Virus record (IMG/VR): IMGVR_UViG_3300048041_000073
Span: 1 to 50,714 of that record
Length of the DNA stretch: 50,714 bases
Reading direction: 5' to 3' (one strand)
From: a virus
Taxonomy: Duplodnaviria; Caudoviricetes
The notes under the pieces are model-generated. The model saw nothing but the letters and a program-made list of their open reading frames with translations, had not been told where the DNA came from and ran no database searches. This document shows positions 28,067 through 36,407 of the stretch, in pieces (within the stretch, counting starts at the first letter, position 1; each line of letters opens with the position of its first letter). The translations under genes were made by a program, and so were the position numbers.

Positions 28067-28393
28067 ATGTCTACACAAAATACACCTACACACCAAGATA
28101 TTTACTTAGGACAATATGTTATCGTTCGTTCTTACGATAGCGGTGTTCATTTTGGAATTGTAAAAACCTATGACCCTACAACACGTAATGTAACATTAAC
28201 AGACAGTCGTAGATTATGGTCATGGAGAGAATTCACGCTTTCAGAACTTTCACAAAATGGAATGTCTGACGATCGCGCAAAAGTATCTCAAAAGATTCCA
28301 GAGATGACAGTCATGAATGTAATAGAGCTTATCCCTACAAGTGAAAAAGCAGAGATAAATCTAAGAGAATATAAAACATTCATACCAAGCTAA
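28067..28393 (+). CDS. DUF6948-like protein (possible Sm/SH3-like small beta-barrel)
   Basis: YVIVRSYDSGVHFG...VTLTDSRRLWSW...TLSELSQNG...VIELIPTSEKA; family recalled from memory. Confidence 0.75.
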   Translation: MSTQNTPTHQDIYLGQYVIVRSYDSGVHFGIVKTYDPTTRNVTLTDSRRLWSWREFTLSELSQNGMSDDRAKVSQKIPEMTVMNVIELIPTSEKAEINLREYKTFIPS

Positions 28394-28398
28394 CCATC

Positions 28399-28461
28399 GT
28401 TAATACGTTAATTATTAATAGACCTGGCTGGGGCTCTGGCGATGGCGATGGAAAGGATTAA
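28399..28461 (+). pseudogene. Decayed Gly-X minigene unit 0 (ATG replaced by GTT)
   Basis: 5 nt after the DUF6948 stop; VNTLIINRPGWGSGDGDGKD* aligns with MDELIIDSRGFGSG...GKD*. Confidence 0.65.
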
Positions 28462-28466
28462 ACATC

Positions 28467-28595
28467 ATGGATGAACTGATTATCGATAGCCGTGGCTTTG
28501 GCTCTGGTTATGGCGATGGCGATGGCGATGGCTGGGGTTCTGGCAATGGTTCTGGTTATGGCGATGGCGATGGCGATGGCGATGGAAAGGATTAA
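28467..28595 (+). CDS. Gly-X minigene 1 (42 aa)
   Basis: MDELIIDSRGFGSGYGDGDGDGWGSGNGSGYGDGDGDGDGKD; AAGGA SD. Confidence 0.75.
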   Translation: MDELIIDSRGFGSGYGDGDGDGWGSGNGSGYGDGDGDGDGKD

Positions 28596-28600
28596 ACATT

Positions 28601-28813
28601 ATGGATGAATTGATTAAAAATAGTTCTGGCGATGGCAATGGCTCTGGTTATGGTTCTGGCTGGGGCTCTGGTTATGGCGATGGCGATGGCCATGGCGATG
28701 GCGATGGCAATGGCTCTGGTTATGGTTCTGGCAATGGCTCTGGTTATGGCGATGGCGATGGCGATGGCGATGGCGATGGGTGGGGCTCTGGTTATGGCGA
28801 TGGAGAGGATTAA
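28601..28813 (+). CDS. Gly-X minigene 2 (70 aa)
   Basis: MDELIKNSSG...GED; AAGGA SD. Confidence 0.75.
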   Translation: MDELIKNSSGDGNGSGYGSGWGSGYGDGDGHGDGDGNGSGYGSGNGSGYGDGDGDGDGDGWGSGYGDGED

Positions 28814-28818
28814 ACATT

Positions 28819-28959
28819 ATGGATGAATTAATTAGAGATAGCCGTGGCTATGGCGATGGTTATGGCGATGGCGATGGCGATGGCTCTGGCGATGGCGATG
28901 GCGATGGCTCTGGCACTGGCTATGGTGATGGCGATGGCTCTGGCTATGGAGAGGATTAA
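28819..28959 (+). CDS. Gly-X minigene 3 (46 aa)
   Basis: MDELIRDSRGYGDGYGDG...GYGED; GAGGA SD. Confidence 0.75.
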   Translation: MDELIRDSRGYGDGYGDGDGDGSGDGDGDGSGTGYGDGDGSGYGED

Positions 28960-28964
28960 ACATC

Positions 28965-29249
28965 ATGGATGAATTGATTAGAGATAGTTCTGGCTTTGGC
29001 TCTGGTTATGGCTCTGGCACTGGCAATGGCTATGGTGATGGCTTTGGTGATGGCTGGGGCGAAGGCGATGGCGATGGTTGTGGTGATGGCTCTGGCTCTG
29101 GTTATGGCTGGGGCGATGGCGATGGCTCTGGCTCTGGCTATGGCGAAGGCTCTGGCCATGGCGATGGATATGGCTTTGGAAATGGCTCTGTGATGGCTAT
29201 GGCTGTGGAAATGGAAATGGATATGATGGGGATTAAACGTTATGGATGA
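28965..29249 (+). CDS. Gly-X minigene 4, frameshifted near 29190 (restored unit would end at 29236)
   Basis: GGC TCT G-TG ATG lacks one G; the Gly-X frame continues to GGG GAT TAA at 29236. Confidence 0.7.
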   Translation: MDELIRDSSGFGSGYGSGTGNGYGDGFGDGWGEGDGDGCGDGSGSGYGWGDGDGSGSGYGEGSGHGDGYGFGNGSVMAMAVEMEMDMMGIKRYG

Positions 29250-29340
29250 AGTTATTAAAGATACTTCTGGCAATGGTTCTGGATCTGGCCATGGTTATGG
29301 CAATGGCGATGGCGATGGCTCTGGCCATAACGAGAATTAA
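29242..29340 (+). CDS. Gly-X minigene 5 (32 aa)
   Basis: MDEVIKDTSGNGSGSGHGYGNGDGDGSGHNEN; GGGGA SD. Confidence 0.7.
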   Translation: MDEVIKDTSGNGSGSGHGYGNGDGDGSGHNEN

Positions 29341-29345
29341 ATATC

Positions 29346-29762
29346 ATGGATGAATTGATTAGAGATAGCCGTGGCGATGGCGATGGCTCTGGCGATGGCA
29401 ATGGCAATGGCGATGGTTATGGTTATGGCTGGGGCTCTGGCTCTGGCTCTGGCTCTGTCTCTGGCGATGGCTATGGCTCTGGCTGGGGCGATGGCTCTGG
29501 CTCTGGCAATAGCTCTGGTTATAGCTCTGGTTATGGCTCTGGCTCTGGCTCTGGCAATGGCAATGGCAATGGCTCTGTCTCTGGCGATGGCTATGGCTCT
29601 GGCTGGGGTTCTGGTTATGGCGATGGCAATGGCGATGGCAATGGCGATGGTTATGGCGATGGCGATGGCTCTGGCAATAGCTCTGGTTATAGCTCTGGTT
29701 ATGGCTCTGGCTCTGGCTCTGGCAATGGCAATGGCAATGGCTCTGGCTATGGCGCTGGCTAA
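29346..29762 (+). CDS. Gly-X minigene 6 (138 aa, terminal unit)
   Basis: MDELIRDSRG...; internal block duplications; lacks the G(K/E)D coupling tail. Confidence 0.75.
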   Translation: MDELIRDSRGDGDGSGDGNGNGDGYGYGWGSGSGSGSVSGDGYGSGWGDGSGSGNSSGYSSGYGSGSGSGNGNGNGSVSGDGYGSGWGSGYGDGNGDGNGDGYGDGDGSGNSSGYSSGYGSGSGSGNGNGNGSGYGAG

Positions 29763-30003
29763 TATCCATCTCTAAATACAACATTTAACAAAAATTAAAC
29801 ATTTAATGAAAGAGCATTGAAATGCTAATAAAATTAATACTAAAGATAACATTAGGTTTTTTAATAACCTTTAATTCAGCGTTCTGTAGCGAACTAAATC
29901 TCGTTAAGGTCTTTCATAAATATTGCTCTTATCATGGGAATGGGCTATAGATGACGAGTCATGTAAAAAAATATGATTGTTGATAAACAAATAAAGCTTC
30001 CTT

Positions 30004-30036
30004 AAAAGAGATAACTTTTCAGTTATCTCTTTTTTT
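30004..30036. terminator. Intrinsic terminator between convergent operons, likely bidirectional
   Basis: AAAAGAGATAAC-TTTTCA-GTTATCTCTTTTTTT. Confidence 0.85.
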
Positions 30037-30076
30037 ATGCCTCTATCCGTAAATTGTAATTGAAACTTATTATTTA

Positions 30077-30634
30077 TTAAGGATGTGTTTTAGCAGTACC
30101 GTAGCGTATCCACCATGAAAAAGGGCTGCAATTCCCACTACAATGTTCTAACTCTACTGCTGTTAATTCCATCCTTGCACTCTCTTGAGCCAATACACGT
30201 GAAGCAGCGCCATCGAAAACACTTTCTGGATCAACAGAAGAATAAATTGAGTTTTCCTCAACATTAGGAGATGACCTCCGTGATCTTTCATTACGCGCTT
30301 TTCTACGGGGAGTCATCGGGCTAATCTCAGAGAGAGTGTCAACAGGGCTTGGTGTACGAGGCACTGAAATCTTTAATGATCTTTCAACAAGATCAGCGAG
30401 AATTAAAGCATTCCTAGAAGCGATTTCTAAAGTCTCTCTACGGCTCTCAGGAGTACTAACAGGACGGTCACCCATATCACCAGAGATAAATATCTCAGGC
30501 GATCTTACTGTACGTGGAATATTGATAGTCATTAATGTTGTATCTTGGTCAATACCATCACCTGACATGTGTTCATCTGCTGAAAAAACCATAGAGGTTG
30601 TTAAAGCAAGCATAAGTAATGTTTTATTTTTCAT
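30077..30634 (-). CDS. Secreted Ser/Pro/Arg-rich protein
   Basis: Sec signal peptide MKNKTLLMLALTTSMVFS|A; disordered body with many SP/TP sites. Confidence 0.65.
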   Translation of the reverse strand: MKNKTLLMLALTTSMVFSADEHMSGDGIDQDTTLMTINIPRTVRSPEIFISGDMGDRPVSTPESRRETLEIASRNALILADLVERSLKISVPRTPSPVDTLSEISPMTPRRKARNERSRRSSPNVEENSIYSSVDPESVFDGAASRVLAQESARMELTAVELEHCSGNCSPFSWWIRYGTAKTHP

Positions 30635-30654
30635 ATTTTACCTTTTTCTTAATG

Positions 30655-31077
30655 TTAATTAGATGTTGTATCATCTTTGTTATTTAAATGATCAATTTCT
30701 TTTTGATCACTATTCAAGTCTTCATAACCTGAATCTTTTTTATCTGATGGCGGATTAAGGTCATCATTAATATTATTTTGAAGTTGATTTAATGGCTGAT
30801 TATTGTCCTCTGGAGGATTTAACGGCTCATTGTTATCTTGTAGAGTATTTAAAGGCTTTTCATGTTTTTGGGGAAGAGTTAAAAACTTATTATTGTGTTC
30901 AGGGGGATTTTGTGGTTGGTCATCATCATCATTATTTTCTTCTTCTATCGTATCAATGTTAGATGGGGGGGTACTCAATGATGAAGAGGGATTATTATAA
31001 GTTGTTTCGTTATCTGAACCACATGCTACACACATAAGAGCCACTAAACATAAGAGAATAAATTTTCTTCTATCCAT
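30655..31077 (-). CDS. Lipoprotein with ~10-aa Pro/Asn repeats
   Basis: MDRRKFILLCLVALMCVA-C-GS lipobox; repeats of type xPLNPPEDNN. Confidence 0.7.
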   Translation of the reverse strand: MDRRKFILLCLVALMCVACGSDNETTYNNPSSSLSTPPSNIDTIEEENNDDDDQPQNPPEHNNKFLTLPQKHEKPLNTLQDNNEPLNPPEDNNQPLNQLQNNINDDLNPPSDKKDSGYEDLNSDQKEIDHLNNKDDTTSN

Positions 31078-31087
31078 TAAAATTATT

Positions 31088-31633
31088 TCATTTTGAGAGT
31101 ATGAGTTCACGAGTGTTTATCTCCTTTAAGAGTTTATCCATTTCAGCGGGTTTATAAAGTTTATGTAACTCTAATTCACCAAGCCGTAAATGATATGGTT
31201 TTTCTTTTCTAAAATACCTACCTGAGGTCAATCCTATTAATGTAGCTTCTTTAGCAATAAAATCAAATAGATCAGGGTCATGATGGGAATTAAACATATG
31301 ACTGGTATTAGGATATTTAGTTACATTAAAATCACAAGCTAAACCTAAAAGATGATAATTATATAAATAGGTATCCGTTGCCTCAAAGCCAGTTTTTTGG
31401 ACACCAACATCCTCAAGGACCTTTGCCGCATAGAGAGCACCCTCTGCAATAAGAGAATCTCTTAAAAACTCATACTGATGAATAGAACGACTTCTACGCC
31501 ACAACTTAGCTTCAGTTTCTAAAGTCTTAAAGCCTTTAGTAGGCTCAAGCCGATAGCCATGTTTCATAAGTTTTTCTATTAATTGTTGGAGGAGTTCGTT
31601 AAATTTGGGGTCTAATTTAGTAAAATCTATCAT
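31088..31633 (-). CDS. M15-family zinc peptidase, putative endolysin
   Basis: LDPKF...GFKTLETEAKLW...NYHLLGLACD...LTSG...PYHLRL. Confidence 0.75.
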   Translation of the reverse strand: MIDFTKLDPKFNELLQQLIEKLMKHGYRLEPTKGFKTLETEAKLWRRSRSIHQYEFLRDSLIAEGALYAAKVLEDVGVQKTGFEATDTYLYNYHLLGLACDFNVTKYPNTSHMFNSHHDPDLFDFIAKEATLIGLTSGRYFRKEKPYHLRLGELELHKLYKPAEMDKLLKEINTRELILSK

Positions 31634-31649
31634 TTTGGATAATCATTAA

Positions 31650-32018
31650 TTATTTCTCTTTTGTATGTTCAAGTGTCTTTCTGAATTCAGCGGCTAGATT
31701 TTCACAATCCACCGCTATCGATTCAATTAGACGGGCAACGTCTTTACTTCTAAACTTAATTTGATTCATTTCACTGCAATCTAATTTAGCCTCTTCCTTA
31801 TATTCTTCCATATTAGCACGCATTTGCATATAGTAAAATAAAGTGGTGGGCATACCAAAAAAGGTACCTAATCGTGCTGACATTCTTAACGTTACTTTTC
31901 TCTTTTCAGCAAATAAGCCATTAAGAGTTTGTTCATCAATATCAGTCAGAAGAGCTAAACGCTTGGTAGACACCCCCAATCCTTTAGCAAAATACTTTTT
32001 AATAATCTTACCTGTCAT
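31650..32018 (-). CDS. higA: HigA-like Xre HTH antitoxin/regulator
   Basis: GKIIKKYFAKGLGVSTKRLA...KRKVTLRMSARLGTFFGMPTTLFYYMQ. Confidence 0.75.
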   Translation of the reverse strand: MTGKIIKKYFAKGLGVSTKRLALLTDIDEQTLNGLFAEKRKVTLRMSARLGTFFGMPTTLFYYMQMRANMEEYKEEAKLDCSEMNQIKFRSKDVARLIESIAVDCENLAAEFRKTLEHTKEK

Positions 32019-32466
32019 ACTTAACCTTTGCCATTTTTTTCATAAATTGTTTTAAAACTTCTAGCTTTTTCTGAGAATATTCTTTCTCTTGCTCTAAAAT
32101 AAGCTCAGCTTTCTCACCTTCAAGGTTATATCTATGAGATTTGCAAATAATGCCATTAAGATAAAAATTATTTGTTACATAATACCTTAAAGTAGCGGTA
32201 ATTTGCCTTTTAGATATTTTCCCTTCAAAGAAAACACATAAATCATTTTTAACTGTTTTCGATAAAGGAATTCGTTTTTTTAAACTAAATAATTTTGGAA
32301 AATTCTTAATAAATAAATCTAATGTTTCTTTTCTTCTATCCGCCTTATTATTCACTACTTTTACAGGTTTGCTTATAGGACGAATGATCTTTTCAGGTAT
32401 GTAAACATTCTTAGGTGTCTTTTGTTTAATAATGAGAGGAGGATTCTTTAAATGCAAGATGGCCAT
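32008..32466 (-). CDS. proQ: ProQ/FinO-domain RNA chaperone
   Basis: FPKLFS...PLSKTVKNDL...ISKRQITATLRYYV...YL......RYNLEG. Confidence 0.8.
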   Translation of the reverse strand: MAILHLKNPPLIIKQKTPKNVYIPEKIIRPISKPVKVVNNKADRRKETLDLFIKNFPKLFSLKKRIPLSKTVKNDLCVFFEGKISKRQITATLRYYVTNNFYLNGIICKSHRYNLEGEKAELILEQEKEYSQKKLEVLKQFMKKMAKVKYDR

Positions 32467-32509
32467 TATTTTACCTTAAATTATGTTTTTACCCAAAATT
32501 AACACAAGC

Positions 32510-32576
32510 TGGAAATGCTATTTCCACGACTGTGCTGCAAATCAACTTTAATATATAAAATTAAATAGCATTTCCA
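32510..32576. promoter_or_regulatory. Paired inverted operator-like sites upstream of proQ-higA
   Basis: TGGAAATGCTATTT (32510-32523) and AAATAGCATTTCCA (32563-32576); the first extends to the palindrome TGGAAAT-GCT-ATTTCCA. Confidence 0.5.
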
Positions 32577-32647
32577 ATCACAAACATATAGAAAAAAAAT
32601 TAAAAATCAATACTTTTTTTAAATAATTTGTAATCACATAAAACACT

Positions 32648-33763
32648 CTATTGATCTACTATTTTTATCTTGAAATAGCTCAAAACATCACGATTTGCAC
32701 CTCTAAACGTATCGGCATCTGTCATTTCATTTGCTTGGCCATTAATGACAATACCTTTACAAACAAAATGATAAGGGAAAGCAATTTCATAAACAAATCT
32801 ACCTGTATCTATTCGTTTGATAGGAAGATACTCAGGCTCAATACAGCCTCTAAAGGTTACACTTTTAGCGATTTGATCTAATATTTTATATTCCTCAGCC
32901 AATATAGAAGAATCATATTGAAATCCTTTAAAGACAGTACGAGGTACAATACGGTTTAATTCATCATTAACCGTTGATAGGGTTGATAAAACAGGCGGAT
33001 GTCTATACGTAACACTCGGTTTTGACAAAGTCTTTTCTCCTTTATTCCAAGAAATCTTCTTTTTTATCCAATGCCCCCATGTATACGTCCATTCTTTCGT
33101 CGTACGCAAGACAGAACGGCTTTTTGCATAGTGATACTTAAACTTTTGATACATCTCTTCAATTTGAACATTTGATAATCCCGCATCTATGGCTGACTTA
33201 ACCCATTTATCACTAATAGGCTTATCAATATTCAAGGCAACTGGCTTCTTAACAGATTTGGCTTTTTCCATCGTCGCATTGGCTGTTTTTTTCTTGGAAT
33301 CTGTTTTTGAAAAATTTAACGCGCTCTTGGTGACGTTTATAGATAATACATAAGTATTATAAGCAACCGAAGGTAAGTGACAAAATGTCCCAACGGCTTT
33401 GTCAAGAAAACGCCAGACATTTCCCCAGTTTATCTCGTATTTTACAGAGCTAGATTTGATGCGCATACAGGCATCTCTTTTAAAAGTTTTGGTTCTTGTA
33501 ATAAATCCTAATGCTTCTAATTTTGCCATTGATCTTGAAAAAGTACGGGCACAAAACATATTACTCATGGCATTGAGAAAATGCTTTCGTGTTATTATGA
33601 GAAATGGCTGTTCGCCCGTGAGACTTTTTAACTTTCGGAAAAAAGCCCAGACTGTTTGTCCAATTTGGGTGTGTAATTTTTCATCTATTTTTTGTTGTTT
33701 ATAAGATAGTCTATAATAAATATTAAATATTTTATAATCAGACATGGATTCCATGTTTAGCAT
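32648..33763 (-). CDS. Putative replication initiator (N-terminal winged HTH, DnaT-like C-terminal helices)
   Basis: ARTFSRSMAKLEALGFITRTK wHTH; KFKYHYAKS...EWTYTWGHWIKK. Confidence 0.65.
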   Translation of the reverse strand: MLNMESMSDYKIFNIYYRLSYKQQKIDEKLHTQIGQTVWAFFRKLKSLTGEQPFLIITRKHFLNAMSNMFCARTFSRSMAKLEALGFITRTKTFKRDACMRIKSSSVKYEINWGNVWRFLDKAVGTFCHLPSVAYNTYVLSINVTKSALNFSKTDSKKKTANATMEKAKSVKKPVALNIDKPISDKWVKSAIDAGLSNVQIEEMYQKFKYHYAKSRSVLRTTKEWTYTWGHWIKKKISWNKGEKTLSKPSVTYRHPPVLSTLSTVNDELNRIVPRTVFKGFQYDSSILAEEYKILDQIAKSVTFRGCIEPEYLPIKRIDTGRFVYEIAFPYHFVCKGIVINGQANEMTDADTFRGANRDVLSYFKIKIVDQ

Positions 33764-34012
33764 TACGGAGTTTCCTCAAAAAATAATTATAATAACAGGT
33801 GATTTTTTTTATTTACATTTTTACATCTAGTAGATATCCTTCCCATAAGATTTCCGTAAATTCAAGGGTCCCCTCATAACCCTTGAATCTTTCTAATAAG
33901 TTACTACCAACTAGTATATGCCGCAATTTTTTTATTTGCTTTTAAACAATATTTTTATGTTTACAAATGTAGGCTATTCCTGATAAAAGACGCGTTTTTA
34001 TGTTTTGAAATA

Positions 34013-34051
34013 AAAAAAATGAGAGTCCACTTCTTTAAGGTGAACTCTCAT
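34013..34051 (-). terminator. Hairpin with minus-strand T-tract in the rep/groEL divergent region
   Basis: ATGAGAGT...ACTCTCAT stem preceded by an A-run on the plus strand. Confidence 0.45.
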
Positions 34052-34173
34052 CAAAAACAATTTTAAGAAAAACATAAAATGACTTATGTTGAGCATCAAA
34101 TAATAAGAATTTTGACACAAACTATTTATATCAAAATGGTGTCTTAGAATCAATTGCTTAAAAGGTATCGCGT

Positions 34174-34458
34174 GTGGCAGAAAAAAGAATTGTGACAGAA
34201 AAAAAAATCAAGATGCGTAAGGAATTGATCACAACACCTTATATCGTTCGGAATAATGTTAATCGAATAAATTTCGAGAATCTTTTAAAGAAACATGATA
34301 TAGAATCGTATATAAATAATGATATACAAGATATAAGTAAAATGTTCATGAAATTTACACATGTTCCTTCTAAAAAAAACGTTAAATTCTCATGTAATCA
34401 AAGTACTTCATATGAGTATATCTTAAATAGACTCAAATTATTTATAGAAAACATATAA
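34174..34458 (+). CDS. Hypothetical protein upstream of groEL
   Basis: AAGGT RBS with GTG start; does not look GroES-like. Confidence 0.55.
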   Translation: MAEKRIVTEKKIKMRKELITTPYIVRNNVNRINFENLLKKHDIESYINNDIQDISKMFMKFTHVPSKKNVKFSCNQSTSYEYILNRLKLFIENI

Positions 34459-34480
34459 TATTTTTTACAAAGGAAAATAA

Positions 34481-36100
<1,620 letters not shown>

Positions 36101-36113
36101 CCGCAGAATATTG

Positions 36114-36205
36114 ACACAATGATACGTTGTACCGTACCATAAAATTGTAGTAAATCTTATTTGATTTCCTTATTTCTTTTTGGTCGAGACAACGTATCAT
36201 TGTGT
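36114..36205. repeat. Perfect 17-bp inverted repeat with 58-nt spacer
   Basis: ACACAATGATACGTTGT (36114-36130) / ACAACGTATCATTGTGT (36189-36205). Confidence 0.85.
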
Positions 36206-36407
36206 TTTATTCTTAGTCGTCTAAATTCAACTTACGTTTGTCCCGATCTTTTTATTAAATCATATTCCTATCGATGTATATAAAATTTTTAATTTCCTAT
36301 TTTTCTTTTATTTTCATTGTATCTGTACTAATCATGTTTCTAACAATTTTGAACGATACATAAGGAAATATTATGGTACTCCCTTTCGCAAAATACCCTT
36401 CAAAAGA

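Larger units (their letters stand above)
28399..29762 (+). repeat. Tandem array of (Gly-X)n minigenes built from GG(C/T)NNT hexamers with a conserved ~35-nt junction
   Basis: Junction GGA(A/G)AGGAT-TAA-ACAT(C/T)-ATGGATGAA(T/C)T(G/A)ATT recurs six times, the last two copies more diverged. Confidence 0.95.

Noticed and set aside
28450-29360. CRISPR array (recurring ~35-nt junction with variable intervening DNA)
   Set aside because: The intervening segments are ~60-240 nt hexamer repeats encoding Gly-X, the repeats contain stop/SD/start signals and are not palindromic, and no cas genes are present.
28399-29762. One long Gly-rich protein by stop readthrough or alternative genetic code
   Set aside because: Stop plus 5-nt spacer changes frame at each junction, and other genes read intact in the standard code.
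28614-29784. MAMAMAL, HRHRH/HCHCQS and IAIA ORFs in other frames
   Set aside because: These are shadow frames of the hexamer repeat; only the Gly-X frame has phased SD, ATG and stop.
34174-34458. groES upstream of groEL (size fits)
   Set aside because: None of the GroES motifs are present.
36114-36205. Invertible promoter or MITE
   Set aside because: No recombinase or transposase in the genome and no target-site duplication seen; kept only as an inverted repeat/RNA candidate.
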